Of a DNA stretch of 64,000 nt, positions 16,621-27,069 are shown piece by piece. The notes beneath the pieces are model-generated. The model made no database searches and was not told where the DNA came from. It was given only the letters and a program-made list of their open reading frames with translations. How positions within the stretch are numbered: the first letter of the stretch is position 1; every line of letters begins with the position of its first letter. The stretch is from a virus, in the IMG/VR virus record IMGVR_UViG_3300005265_000549, positions 1 through 64,000 of that record; one strand, given 5' to 3'. Position numbers and translations under genes: made by a program.

Positions 16621-17034
16621 ATGAAAAAAATAAAAGTTTTTTGTAATTATTTTGATTATTCAATTTTGTGTGATTCTTTAGTTGAACAATTAAAAACAAA
16701 TAAACAATTAAAATTTATTTATGGAATTCCTACAGGTGGTTTACCATTAGCAGTTCATTTAGCAAAACATTTGAATTTAGAATTATTAGATGAAGAAGAT
16801 CTTTATTGGAACTGGAATTCTAAAGAATTATTAATTTGTGATGATATTATTGATACTGGAATTACTTTAGAAACTTTTTTTAAAGAAAGAGAATGGCTTA
16901 AAGAAGCTTTAATTGTTAGTTTATATTGGAAATATAATTTGTCAATTAAACCTAATTATTTTGCTAAAATTGCTAAAGAATATGAATGGATTGTTTTTCC
17001 TTGGGAACCAAAAAATGAAGAAATGAATAGATAA
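16621..17034 (+). CDS. purine phosphoribosyltransferase-like protein
   Basis: GIPTGGL, LICDDIIDTGIT, WIVFPWE. Confidence 0.85.
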   Translation: MKKIKVFCNYFDYSILCDSLVEQLKTNKQLKFIYGIPTGGLPLAVHLAKHLNLELLDEEDLYWNWNSKELLICDDIIDTGITLETFFKEREWLKEALIVSLYWKYNLSIKPNYFAKIAKEYEWIVFPWEPKNEEMNR

Positions 17035-17043
17035 AGAGGAAAT

Positions 17044-17985
17044 ATGTTTAAAAAATATCCAAGTATTACCAATCATTATCTTGAATCAGATATTGATTAT
17101 TTTCAAAAATATTTTAGTTATGATTTACTTAATACTGATTGGATACTTCAAGAAAAAATTCATGGTGCGAATATTTCTATTCTTTTAAATAAAAATGAAG
17201 ACCCTCAATTTTTCTCTAGAAATAATAAAATTGATCCAGCTAAATTTTACAATTCAACTAAAGTTTTTTCAGATATAATTAATGAATTTCAACCTTTTCA
17301 AAAAATTATTAATAAAGCTGGTTTTTCAATACGACTTTATGGTGAATTATTTGGTATGGGTATTCAAAAAGGAGTAAAATATGGACCTGAAAAACAAATT
17401 TTATTTTTTGATATGTTAATTAATGATAAATTCATTTCACCTTATGAAATGGAAGTTATATTTTTAAAAAATCGATTGCAACATTTATTGATTCCTAAAG
17501 TTGATGTCGTTTCAGATTTAAAAACTGCTATTAATTATGATATTAAATTTAATTCAAAAATTTTAAGAATTGAAGATAACATTTGTGAAGGAGTTGTTAT
17601 AAAACCTTGGAATAAAATTTTTGTTACTTCTAATGGTTCAATATTTTATATTAAAAAGAAAAATGAAGAATTCAAAGAAAAACAAAAAATAAAAAAACCA
17701 AAAGTTCTTAAAGATTATGGAGAAGAAGTAAACCAATGGCATGAAATTTTTATTTCGTATATTCATAAAGAAAGATTAGAATCTGTTTTTTCAAAAATTG
17801 GAAGAATTAATCATCCAAAAGATCTAGGAAAATATATACATGAAGTTTATAAAGATGTTATTGAAACTTTTTTAAAAGAAGAAAATTTTGATGAAGAAAA
17901 ATTCTCAAAAAAAGAAAGAAAATTTATAATGAATGGTAATAAAGAAATTGCTAAACTTTTGAAAAAAGAATTAGGAATGGTATAA
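17044..17985 (+). CDS. RNA ligase 2 (Rnl2 family)
   Basis: EKIHGAN, GELFG, FD, EGVVIKP, KKKNEEFKE, RLESVFSKIG. Confidence 0.88.
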   Translation: MFKKYPSITNHYLESDIDYFQKYFSYDLLNTDWILQEKIHGANISILLNKNEDPQFFSRNNKIDPAKFYNSTKVFSDIINEFQPFQKIINKAGFSIRLYGELFGMGIQKGVKYGPEKQILFFDMLINDKFISPYEMEVIFLKNRLQHLLIPKVDVVSDLKTAINYDIKFNSKILRIEDNICEGVVIKPWNKIFVTSNGSIFYIKKKNEEFKEKQKIKKPKVLKDYGEEVNQWHEIFISYIHKERLESVFSKIGRINHPKDLGKYIHEVYKDVIETFLKEENFDEEKFSKKERKFIMNGNKEIAKLLKKELGMV

Positions 17986-18188
17986 TGAAAGTTATTATTG
18001 AAAATAAAAAAGTGAAAGTTCGAATTAAAGAAATTTTTGATGGAGTAAAAACTTATTATATACCACAATTTCGTTATTTATTTTTTTGGAGTGATCTTCC
18101 TAAAAAATTTTTTAATTATGATGATTGTGAAAATTTCTTAAAATCATTAAGAGGAAAATATACAAAAATTCATTATTTAAATGATTAA
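17985..18188 (+). CDS. hypothetical protein
   Basis: 67 aa, TAATG coupling. Confidence 0.55.
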   Translation: MKVIIENKKVKVRIKEIFDGVKTYYIPQFRYLFFWSDLPKKFFNYDDCENFLKSLRGKYTKIHYLND

Positions 18189-18252
18189 AACCTTGACTTT
18201 ACCTTTTCTTTATGTTATTATCTTATTATAAACAATAACAAATTGAAAGGAG
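18187..18252 (+). promoter_or_regulatory. early promoter cassette, copy 4
   Basis: TTGACT(18193)-17-TATTAT(18216)...AACAAATTGAAAGGAG. Confidence 0.85.
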
Positions 18253-18258
18253 TATATA

Positions 18259-18510
18259 ATGGAAATTGCAACTGGATGGAGATTTCATGCAGCAGATTTT
18301 TCAGTACAAGCAAGTGGAAAAGAACATGTCACGGGTTTTGTAACTCTCATTAGAGATCCTGAACATCAAGCTTTGTGGTATAATCTGCCTGAAGAAATGA
18401 TTGAAGATGAAAATGGTCCACCACTGTTTGTTTTTGGACATGGAATGACTATTGAAGAAGCTGTAGAAAATGCAAATATTATGGCTAGACACGCTAAACC
18501 TATTGTGTAA
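18259..18510 (+). CDS. early hypothetical protein
   Basis: First ORF after the cassette, strong RBS, higher GC than neighbours. Confidence 0.65.
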   Translation: MEIATGWRFHAADFSVQASGKEHVTGFVTLIRDPEHQALWYNLPEEMIEDENGPPLFVFGHGMTIEEAVENANIMARHAKPIV

Positions 18511-18519
18511 GGATTAAAT

Positions 18520-19310
18520 ATGAATAAAGCAGCAGAAGCATTAAAAATGAAAAATATATTAAAAAAATTAAATTTAGTAATTTTTTCATGTAATACTTTT
18601 GATCAATTAGAAGTAGCAAAAAATTATAAAGAATTGGTTTTGAAAAGATTAAATTTTTCTAATCTTGATTCTTTATATAATATTGTTATTAAATTTCAAA
18701 AATATAAAATTGAGTATAATTTAAATAATAATATTTCTATTAATATTCCAATAAATATTCAAATATGGTAAAAAAGGAGAACATTATGAGATTATATGAT
18801 TATATTGCAATGTATGATAACTCAACTATTTTAATTAATACATTTTATTATTTTCCAAATATAAAGAAATATATCAATGAAATTGAATCAGTATTAAATT
18901 TCATTCGAGCAGAACAACCATCTTTTGAACCAAAACAAAATTGTGAAGTTAGATTATTTGTTAATAAAGATGAAGAATTTAATATTGATTCATTTATTGT
19001 TTATTTTACTAAATCAAGAAATTTATATTTTGATATTATAAATCTTATTGATATTTCAAATATTGATATTAAGATTGAAAGTAAAAATTTTGTTGATTGT
19101 GCTTTTGATAATTTAAATATTATTTCTTATTTAATTGCATTTGTTTATGAACAATATTCAAAAATTGAAAAAGAAATGAATGATAATGAAATTTCTAATT
19201 TTGAAGAAGAATTAACTAAATTATTCAAGAAAAATGATAATTTTGAAAAGAAATTTGGTCTTAGTAGTGAATTTTTATCAAAATTTATTATTGAATGTTT
19301 AGAAAAATAG
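18520..19310 (+). other. two hypothetical CDSs (18520-18771, 18765/18786-19310)
   Basis: Co-oriented ORFs with RBS. Confidence 0.5.
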
Positions 19311-19318
19311 GTTAAAAT

Positions 19319-19606
19319 ATGAATCGAAAAGAATATTTATTAACTTGTTTAGCTGAAGAAGCTAGTGAAATTGTTAAAGCTGTAACAAAAACTTTAAGAT
19401 TTGGTGAATCAAGTGTTTATAATAATGTTACTAATAAAAAACGTTTAGAAGAAGAAATTATTGATTTTATCACTATTGTTTCAATGTGTTATTCTGATGA
19501 ATATATTAATTTTGATGAAGAAGAATTAAAAATTCAGTTCAAGTTAAAACAAGATAAAATTTTTAAATACATGGAACTTTCAAAAAATTCAGGAAATTTA
19601 ACTTAG
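19319..19606 (+). CDS. MazG-like all-alpha NTP pyrophosphatase
   Basis: LAEEASEIV...K.LRFG...LEEEIID. Confidence 0.65.
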   Translation: MNRKEYLLTCLAEEASEIVKAVTKTLRFGESSVYNNVTNKKRLEEEIIDFITIVSMCYSDEYINFDEEELKIQFKLKQDKIFKYMELSKNSGNLT

Positions 19607-19630
19607 TTTTATTTAAAATTAATTTTTTAC

Positions 19631-19682
19631 AATATCCTCTTGTTTATGTTAATATTTTATAAATAAGAGGATATTTCTTTTA
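19631..19682 (+). terminator. hairpin or possible terminator overlapping promoter-like motifs
   Basis: AATATCCTCTTGTTTAT / ATAAATAAGAGGATATT followed by TCTTTT. Confidence 0.45.
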
Positions 19683-19870
19683 ATGTTATATAAAAAGTAC
19701 ATAAAGGCTTTATATGTTAGTTATATGTCATAATTGTGGAAAAGAAATATTGACTGAAGCTGATACTTTTGTTTTTCAACATAGATTTGATAAAGATTAT
19801 TATTCTTGTGGTTGTAAAGAATTTAAAAAAGAAATTCTTGATAAACGAAAAAATTATAAGGAGAAATTAA

Positions 19871-20458
19871 ATGGAAAGTAATGTTGAAGAAAATAAAGAA
19901 GAAATGGTGGAAATTCCTGTAAAAATTGAACCAAAAAATTTTATTAAATGTGCTAATTGTGGACGATCAGTTGGTCAATTAAGAAAAGTTATAAATGATG
20001 GTGAAAAAAAATATATTCATAAAAATTGTGATGAAGATGTAAAAGCTTTTTACACCAATCAAGCTAGAAAAATAAGATTATCTAATGAACTTTTATAAAG
20101 AAATAAATGTTTTAAACAAAAAAGATAAGATATACGCTAATTATTCAACAAAGGAATTAGAAGATTATTTTAAAGAAAATCTTCATTTTAATCTTCCACC
20201 TATTGCCGAAATAATGTTTAATGAATTAATAGAAAGAAGTTATAAATTAGAGAAATTACAATGTTAACAGCAATTTTAAAAAATGATATTCTTGGATTTG
20301 CTAAAGCAAATGAATTAATTTGGTATGATTTAATTCGAGAACCAAAATTATTAACAGAATTAAAAACTGAATGGTTTTTTGAATTAAAAAATAAAAATGG
20401 AAAAATAATAACTGTACCTGCTGACGAAAAAATATTTCGTCTTTATGCTATAAAATAG
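19871..20458 (+). other. three small hypothetical CDSs (19871-20098, 20085-20267, 20261-20458)
   Basis: Overlapping operon; the first has CANC...HKNC. Confidence 0.5.
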
Positions 20459-20460
20459 TA

Positions 20461-20531
20461 AAAAACCTTGACATTATCTTTTCTTTATGTTACTATGTGA
20501 CTATAAACAATAACAAATTGAAGATGGAGGT
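20461..20531 (+). promoter_or_regulatory. early promoter cassette, copy 5
   Basis: TTGACA(20468)-17-TACTAT(20491)...AAGATGGAGG. Confidence 0.85.
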
Positions 20532-20536
20532 ACAAA

Positions 20537-20794
20537 ATGAATGATTTAACTGCACTAATGGATGAAATTGAAGAGAATGTAAAAGTAAAAGATTATAATT
20601 GTTTGACTAATTTGATTGTTGATGACATCAAACAGAAAGTACACAATGATAAGAAAGAGACAGCTCAGTCTATTCAGCAACAGTTTAATAACGAAGCTAA
20701 TAACGTCAATACAAACGATATATTTAAACTTGTTGCAGCGGGTGTGGTTTCTGTTGTTGTTTTGTTTTTTGCGATACATTATTTTTTGGTTTAA
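20537..20794 (+). CDS. early protein with C-terminal TM anchor
   Basis: GGAGG RBS; hydrophobic C-terminus. Confidence 0.65.
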   Translation: MNDLTALMDEIEENVKVKDYNCLTNLIVDDIKQKVHNDKKETAQSIQQQFNNEANNVNTNDIFKLVAAGVVSVVVLFFAIHYFLV

Positions 20795-20888
20795 GAAAAT
20801 GATTAAAACTTTTTTAGAATGTTTAACTTTGTTGATTGTATTATTTATTAATTGTTTTCTTTTGATGTGTTGCTAAAAGGAAACTATT

Positions 20889-21161
20889 ATGAAAGTTCGT
20901 AAATTTAAGAATTTGACTAAACAACAAAAACTTTGTTTATTTTTTAAAGAAAACAATTATAATAAAGTTAAATCACAAATTGCAAAATACACCGTTTTTA
21001 CCAACAATAGTCAATATATTTTTGTTGGTAAAAACGGTGCGGTTCGAATTAATTCTAGAAATTCAGTAAGTGGTTCAATTTCTTTTACTAAACGATATGA
21101 TAGAATTTTAAGAGAATTTGAAAAATCAGTTTCACCTGAAAGGAAAATAATATTAAAATGA
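20889..21161 (+). CDS. hypothetical protein
   Basis: 90 aa, AAGGA RBS. Confidence 0.55.
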   Translation: MKVRKFKNLTKQQKLCLFFKENNYNKVKSQIAKYTVFTNNSQYIFVGKNGAVRINSRNSVSGSISFTKRYDRILREFEKSVSPERKIILK

Positions 21162-22867
21162 AAAATTTAAAAGATAAAGCAAATGAAACATATTATAATT
21201 CTGGTGAAACTATTCTTACTGATAAAGAATTTGATCTTTTAGCTGATAATGGGTTGGAAATAAAAAGTTTTCATAAAAAAGTAAAACATTTTCAACCTAT
21301 GGGATCATTAAATAAAATTAAAACTGAAAAAGAATTTAATAAATGGTTTAATAATGCTAATATATGTAAAGTTTCACCAAAACTTGATGGTAATAGTGTA
21401 GAATTAATATTTGAAAATAAAAAACTTATTCAAGCAATAACTAGAGGAAATGGATTTGAAGGTAACGATATAACAGAAAAAATTAAATATACTAAATATA
21501 AACTTCCTTTGACAAATGAACTTCAATCAATAAAATGTGAAGCAATTTTACCTAAAGAATTTCAAACAAAATTTGATAAAAATATTAGAAATATTGTTGC
21601 TGGTGTTCTTAATAAAAAAGATATTGATATCGATATCTTAAAAGAAATTCATGTTATTGATTTTAATAGTATTTGGCTTTATTATACGGATTTAAATTAT
21701 AATTTAGTCGAAGGATTATTTCAAGATTGGAAAGAAAATTTCTATTTTGAAATAGATGGAATTGTAGTAGAATTAATTGAAAAAATACATGAAGAAAAAG
21801 ATCCTTTGTTACCAACAAATATTTTAGCATTAAAATTTAATAAAAAAGGTGTTGATGCTGAAATAGGTTTTCATTCTTGGAAACTTGGAAAGCATTCTAA
21901 ATTAACACCAGTTCTTATTTTAAAAGAAGCAGTTGAAATCGATGGAACACAAGTGAAAAGAGTTTCAGCTTCAAATTATTCTTTATTAAAAGCTGCTGGT
22001 TTAGGTATTGGAGCTAAAGTAAAAGTAATAAAATCCGGTGATATTATTCCTTATATTTCAGAAGTAATTGAACCATCAAAAGAAATACAAATCGTAACTT
22101 GTCCTGAATGTGGAGTGTTTGCAGAAATAAATGAATCTAAAGTTGATTTGATTTGTCCGAATGAACATTGTCAAGGAAAAACAATAAATAAATTGCAACA
22201 TATTTTTAAGATATTTGATTTAGAATTTATTTCTGATGCAACTGTTAAAACTTTATATTATAATGGTTTTGAACATCTTGAAGATTTTTTCAAAGCTAAA
22301 GAAGAAGATTTTACAAGTGTTGAAGGATTTGGAAAAAGAAAATCTCAAAATATCATTTCAAAATTAAAAAATTTAAAAATTACTGAATCTCAAGTTTTAG
22401 AATGTGCTCAAGTTCATGGTATTGGTCGTAAACAATGTGAAAAATTAATTGAACATTTTGGTTTAGATAAATTTTTAAATGGGTTCATTGTAGAAGAAGA
22501 TATTGAAAAAATTGATTCATTTGGAGAAATTCATGCAAAAACTATTATTAAAAATTTAGAAAATTTTGATGAAATGTATAATGTTATTTTAGATTGTAAA
22601 ATTAAAATTAAGAAGAATAATTTTACAAAAAAAGAAAATAAAGTTAATATTGTTTTTACTGGAAAATGTGAACAATATGGAAGAAAAGAATTAACTAATC
22701 TTTTGAATGATAAAGGGTATAATGTTCAATCTGGAATTAAAAAAGATACAAACATTTTATTAACAAATGATATTAACAGTAATTCTTCTAAATTAAAAAA
22801 GGCAAAAGAATATAATATTAAAATTATTGATTATAATAATTTTTTTAAAGGAATTGAAGATGAATAA
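21158..22867 (+). CDS. ligA: NAD+-dependent DNA ligase
   Basis: YYN...LTDKEFD (domain Ia), KLDG, TRGNG..G.DIT, DGIVV, OB fold with GDIIP, Zn finger, HhH, BRCT (VFTG). Confidence 0.93.
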   Translation: MKNLKDKANETYYNSGETILTDKEFDLLADNGLEIKSFHKKVKHFQPMGSLNKIKTEKEFNKWFNNANICKVSPKLDGNSVELIFENKKLIQAITRGNGFEGNDITEKIKYTKYKLPLTNELQSIKCEAILPKEFQTKFDKNIRNIVAGVLNKKDIDIDILKEIHVIDFNSIWLYYTDLNYNLVEGLFQDWKENFYFEIDGIVVELIEKIHEEKDPLLPTNILALKFNKKGVDAEIGFHSWKLGKHSKLTPVLILKEAVEIDGTQVKRVSASNYSLLKAAGLGIGAKVKVIKSGDIIPYISEVIEPSKEIQIVTCPECGVFAEINESKVDLICPNEHCQGKTINKLQHIFKIFDLEFISDATVKTLYYNGFEHLEDFFKAKEEDFTSVEGFGKRKSQNIISKLKNLKITESQVLECAQVHGIGRKQCEKLIEHFGLDKFLNGFIVEEDIEKIDSFGEIHAKTIIKNLENFDEMYNVILDCKIKIKKNNFTKKENKVNIVFTGKCEQYGRKELTNLLNDKGYNVQSGIKKDTNILLTNDINSNSSKLKKAKEYNIKIIDYNNFFKGIEDE

Positions 22868-23813
22868 AAAATTTCTAAGTAATGTAACAAAAGATATTGA
22901 TGTAATTATGTTAACTGAATTTGGTTCTCATCTTTATGGAACTGATACACCAACTTCGGATAGGGATTATAAAGGAATTTTTATGCCAACGGAAAAACAA
23001 ATTCTTTTGAATAAAATTCCTAAATCAATAAGGTTTGATACAAATAAAACAAATAAGAAAAATTCAACTGAAGATATTGATTGTGAATTATATTCTTTAC
23101 ATTATTTTTTCGATTTAGCTAAAAAAGGAGAAACTGTTTCTATTGATATGCTACATTCTTCTCCAATTATTAGTTCAAAAATTTGGAAAGATATTTTTGC
23201 TTTCCGTTCAAATTTTTATTGTACTAATATGAAATCTTTGATGGGATATGCAAAACATCAAGCTGCAAAATATGGAATTAAAGGAAGTCGTTTATATTCA
23301 GCTGAAAAATTAAAAACTTTTTTAAATGAATTTGATTCAAATTTAAAAATGAAATTTGTATGGGATAAATTACCAATTGATGAAAATATTAAATTTATAA
23401 ATGACAATCAAAAAATTAAATCTTTAAATTTTTGTGGAAAAATTCTTCAAGATTCTATTAAAATTAGTTATGCTTTAGATATTATTGAAACTTTTATTAA
23501 TAATTATGGTGCAAGAGCAAAATTAGCAAAAGAGAATAAAGGAGTAGATTTTAAAGCTCTTCACCATGCTTTAAGAGCAGCTTTTCAGTTAGAAGAAATT
23601 TTCCTAACTGGTGATTTAAAATTTCCTTTAAAAACTGCACCATTTTTAAAGTGTATTAAACAAGAAAGATATTCTTATAATTTTGTGATAGAATATTTAG
23701 AAGATAAAATTGATAAAGTTGAAAAATTAAGTTTGGAAAGTAATCTTCCAAGTGAAATTAATACTGAAAAAATTGATGATTTTTTATTTAATATCATCAA
23801 GGAGGAAATATGA
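22860..23813 (+). CDS. Pol-beta-type nucleotidyltransferase (phage family)
   Basis: FGSHLYGTDTPTSDRDYKGIF; DFKALHHALR. Confidence 0.8.
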   Translation: MNKKFLSNVTKDIDVIMLTEFGSHLYGTDTPTSDRDYKGIFMPTEKQILLNKIPKSIRFDTNKTNKKNSTEDIDCELYSLHYFFDLAKKGETVSIDMLHSSPIISSKIWKDIFAFRSNFYCTNMKSLMGYAKHQAAKYGIKGSRLYSAEKLKTFLNEFDSNLKMKFVWDKLPIDENIKFINDNQKIKSLNFCGKILQDSIKISYALDIIETFINNYGARAKLAKENKGVDFKALHHALRAAFQLEEIFLTGDLKFPLKTAPFLKCIKQERYSYNFVIEYLEDKIDKVEKLSLESNLPSEINTEKIDDFLFNIIKEEI

Positions 23814-23995
23814 GTATAAAATTGCGTTGGTATCAATATTTACCAGATAATGTTCAACCTTATCTTCCAGGAATTTATCCTACTGAAATTCCATCTGTTA
23901 TAGAAAATTTTAAATTACAATATTGGGATGAAGAAGATAATTGTTGGAATAATGTTCCAAGTGTTATAGAATTAAAACCTAAAAAAGAGGATTAA
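23810..23995 (+). CDS. hypothetical protein, paralog of 8770-8958
   Basis: KLRW...LPG...KLQ...W..VP. Confidence 0.6.
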   Translation: MSIKLRWYQYLPDNVQPYLPGIYPTEIPSVIENFKLQYWDEEDNCWNNVPSVIELKPKKED

Positions 23996-23996
23996 T

Positions 23997-24452
23997 ATGC
24001 AACCTAATTTAACTATTATTCGTGGATTACCTGGTTCTGGTAAATCTACAAGAGCAAAAGAACTTATGCAAGAAAAAAGAAATAATGGACGAAAAGTTAG
24101 TAACTTGGAATCTGATATGTTCTTTATGTTCAATAATAAATATATATTTAATAAAAATCATTTAAATTATTCTCATTTATGGTGTTTATCAAATGCTGCT
24201 TATTATTTAAATCAAGGATATGATGTTATTGTTTCAAATACTTTTGTTACAAAAGATGAAATCTTTCCTTATAATAAAATGGCTGCAGCAATAGATATTA
24301 ATGATATTTCTATTATTACTTGTTTTGGTAAATTTAGGAATATCCATAATGTTCCTATCAAAGTTATTGAACATATGAAAGAAAAATGGGAAGATTTTAA
24401 TCAAGAAGAATATTCAAATTATTTAATTAAAAAAATGAAAGAAGAAATATGA
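23997..24452 (+). CDS. P-loop kinase (AAA_33/polynucleotide kinase-like)
   Basis: IIRGLPGSGKST, VIVSNTF, NIHNVP. Confidence 0.8.
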   Translation: MQPNLTIIRGLPGSGKSTRAKELMQEKRNNGRKVSNLESDMFFMFNNKYIFNKNHLNYSHLWCLSNAAYYLNQGYDVIVSNTFVTKDEIFPYNKMAAAIDINDISIITCFGKFRNIHNVPIKVIEHMKEKWEDFNQEEYSNYLIKKMKEEI

Positions 24453-24979
24453 TAAAAACTTTTATTATTAATGGTGCTGGTGGTTCAGGTAAAGATACAT
24501 TTATTGCTTTTGTTGAAAATTATATTAATTCATTAAATTTAAATCCTCCTTGGTATGTTCGTAATAATTCTGCTATTGATGAAATTAAAGAAATTGCTAT
24601 CAAATATTTTGGTTGGAATAAAATTAAAACAAATATAAATCGAAGATTATTATCTGATTTAAAAGAAATGCAAATTACTTCTTGTGATGGACCTTATAAA
24701 TATATTCTTAATTTATATAAAACATATAAATTTTATGAAAATAATAATTGTTTATTTTTTCATATTCGTGAAATTCCTGAAATAAAAAAAATTAAAGATG
24801 AAATAAAAGCTAAAACTATTTTAGTTTATCGTAATGATGTTAAATATGGAAATAGAAGTGATGATGATATATTAAAGTATCATTATGATTATATCATTAA
24901 TAATCATGGTGATCTAAAAGATTTAAAACAATTAGCAATTAATTTTACTAATGAAAATATAATTAATAAAAAACCTTGA
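24449..24979 (+). CDS. dNMP kinase-like protein
   Basis: INGAGGSGKDTF, RRLLSDLK, HIRE, YDYIINN. Confidence 0.75.
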   Translation: MIKTFIINGAGGSGKDTFIAFVENYINSLNLNPPWYVRNNSAIDEIKEIAIKYFGWNKIKTNINRRLLSDLKEMQITSCDGPYKYILNLYKTYKFYENNNCLFFHIREIPEIKKIKDEIKAKTILVYRNDVKYGNRSDDDILKYHYDYIINNHGDLKDLKQLAINFTNENIINKKP

Positions 24980-25035
24980 CTTTATCTTTTCTTTATGTTA
25001 CTATGTAATTATAAACAATAACAAATTGAAAGGAA
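24970..25035 (+). promoter_or_regulatory. early promoter cassette, copy 6
   Basis: TTGACT(24976)-17-TACTAT(24999)...AACAAATTGAAAGGA. Confidence 0.85.
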
Positions 25036-25041
25036 AAAGAC

Positions 25042-26127
25042 ATGGCTAAAAAATTTGTTAGAAAGTATTTGAAACAAAAAGCTTCGGAAATTATTGAACC
25101 AGATGTTTCAAATGCAACATCAGATAAAAGTATTAAGATTTTTAATTGGTATAATGTTTCTGATTTTAATGATAAAGAAAGAAAAAAATGGGTAATAGAA
25201 TATGCTAAAGAAAAAAATATGGAATGGCGTTGGATTAGTAAAATTAATGAAAAAAATATAATTTCAACTCTTTCAACTATTTGTCGAATTGCTTCACGTG
25301 GATGTACAATTACTGAAAAACATCAAAAATTTATTGAACAAAAATTTGAAGAATTAAAAAAAATCATTCCTGTAGAAACTTCTAAAACTGAAACAAATAA
25401 ACCTAAATTTAATATTCAAGAAAGAATTTATGAACAAGCTGGTGAAGTTATGGCTGAAGTTCATGAATTTGTTGATGCTTTTGTAGAACAAGGAATTGAA
25501 AATAAAATTATTAATTCTTTAGATAAAAAAGGTTTTGGTCGTCCTCAAACAAAACATATTATTAACTTAATTGAACGTTATATTGAAGAATTTATTACTG
25601 TTAAAAATGCGAAAGTTGATGATAAAGAATTATTTGAATCTTATAATTTAAGTATTCGAAAAATTAATTCAATTATAAAATATTTAGAAAGTTTAAAAGT
25701 TGAATGTGAAAAATGGATTTTAGTTAAGAAAAAAATTAAAAAATTATCAGAAACAAAAATTAAGACTCCTTATGAATTATGTAAAAATGTAAAAATAAAT
25801 AAAAATACTGAAATTAAACCAGAAAAAGTTGTTGGAGCAATGGCAACTGTTCTTCAAAATACTCGTAATAAATCATTAATGTTTTTAGTTTATGAAGATA
25901 AATTTTTAAGCATTAAAGGAACCACTATTACTAATGTTGATTTAAATAAATCAACACGATATATAATTAAAAATAAGTTTAAAGAAAAAGCAATAAAAGA
26001 ATTAAGAAAAATTAAAAATATTTCAAAGTTAAAAACATTTTTAAACAATGAAGAAAAATTCAAAAAATCAAAACAATCATGCACTGGACGATTGGGAGCT
26101 TATAGTAATATTATATTAGTGATTTAA
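25042..26127 (+). CDS. conserved T4-like hypothetical protein
   Basis: FNWYN, NIQERI, IKPEKVVGA, SIKGTTI, TGRL pattern. Confidence 0.7.
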   Translation: MAKKFVRKYLKQKASEIIEPDVSNATSDKSIKIFNWYNVSDFNDKERKKWVIEYAKEKNMEWRWISKINEKNIISTLSTICRIASRGCTITEKHQKFIEQKFEELKKIIPVETSKTETNKPKFNIQERIYEQAGEVMAEVHEFVDAFVEQGIENKIINSLDKKGFGRPQTKHIINLIERYIEEFITVKNAKVDDKELFESYNLSIRKINSIIKYLESLKVECEKWILVKKKIKKLSETKIKTPYELCKNVKINKNTEIKPEKVVGAMATVLQNTRNKSLMFLVYEDKFLSIKGTTITNVDLNKSTRYIIKNKFKEKAIKELRKIKNISKLKTFLNNEEKFKKSKQSCTGRLGAYSNIILVI

Positions 26128-26130
26128 TGA

Positions 26131-26195
26131 CATAATTCTTCTCTTGATAAATATATTATATTTAATTATTATATATTTAAAGGAGAAGAATTATG
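26131..26195 (+). promoter_or_regulatory. late promoter (GATAAATA) inside an RBS/ATG-sequestering hairpin
   Basis: CATAATTCTTCTC (26131-43) pairs with GAGAAGAATTATG (26183-95); GATAAATA at 26146. Confidence 0.7.
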
Positions 26196-27062
26196 TCAAC
26201 AGATAATACCAATTTAGGTACATTAGAATCAGTAACAAGTGAGTTAACAGAATTAATTAAAGCAAATAGTATTGCTTATCAAGTTTGTGGTATTCAACAA
26301 ACAACCACTTCAACTCCAGTAGTTTTTGGAATTAAAAAAACATCTGGTACAACTGGATTTCAAATTGTTAAAAAAGATACAGTTAAAAAAGCGTCAACAA
26401 ATTCTGAAGGTTTTACAGATGAATTAATGGAAGATGTTTTTTCATTATTTGGAAAAAATGCTAAAGAATATTTAAAAATTATTTCAGCAAATGATTTAAT
26501 TGATTCATTAGATGATGAAATAATTTCATATATGTCTAGTATAGCAACAGTAGAAAATGCAGTAACTTATGATTTTTCTACAACTACAGATCATAGACAA
26601 ATAATCCATAATTTACTTTTAAAAATAAATAAAACAAGAGTTAGTATGGCAAACGATTTAAAACGTGGTCTTCCAAAAATTTTAATCGTTTCAAGTGCTA
26701 TAGCAGCTTTATTAATCACAAATAAAATGATTAGTGGGAATGATTCTGATTTTGTTGCAGGTGGAGCAGAAAATGTTAAATTTGTTGGTAAGATGGGTGA
26801 TATGCTTGTTTATCAAGATTTTGATGCAGCAGCAGATTATGTTTTAATTGCTCATAAATCATATATTCCTGGAGATGCAAGTATTATTTTAATTCCTATT
26901 AATGAACCGGTTGCGAATATTAGAAGAGATGATGAAACTGGTCAACCTAAATATCATTATAGAATGAGACATGCTTATTCTAGAAATCCTGTTGATTCAG
27001 GTTCTTCTACTGCGGATTCAGATTTTATTAGAAAATTTGCTGTTACATTAACTGATTTCTAA
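26193..27062 (+). CDS. gp23/gp24-like capsid (vertex) protein
   Basis: IAYQVCGIQ, FVGKMG...VYQD, DDETGQPK...RMRHAYSRNP resemble gp23/gp24 motifs; short (289 aa). Confidence 0.6.
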   Translation: MSTDNTNLGTLESVTSELTELIKANSIAYQVCGIQQTTTSTPVVFGIKKTSGTTGFQIVKKDTVKKASTNSEGFTDELMEDVFSLFGKNAKEYLKIISANDLIDSLDDEIISYMSSIATVENAVTYDFSTTTDHRQIIHNLLLKINKTRVSMANDLKRGLPKILIVSSAIAALLITNKMISGNDSDFVAGGAENVKFVGKMGDMLVYQDFDAAADYVLIAHKSYIPGDASIILIPINEPVANIRRDDETGQPKYHYRMRHAYSRNPVDSGSSTADSDFIRKFAVTLTDF

Positions 27063-27069
27063 AAATAAA

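Noticed and set aside
4030-25035. CRISPR array or mini-array from the repeated cassette
   Set aside because: The repeats are kilobases apart and match -35/-10 promoter geometry; no repeat-spacer periodicity and no cas genes.
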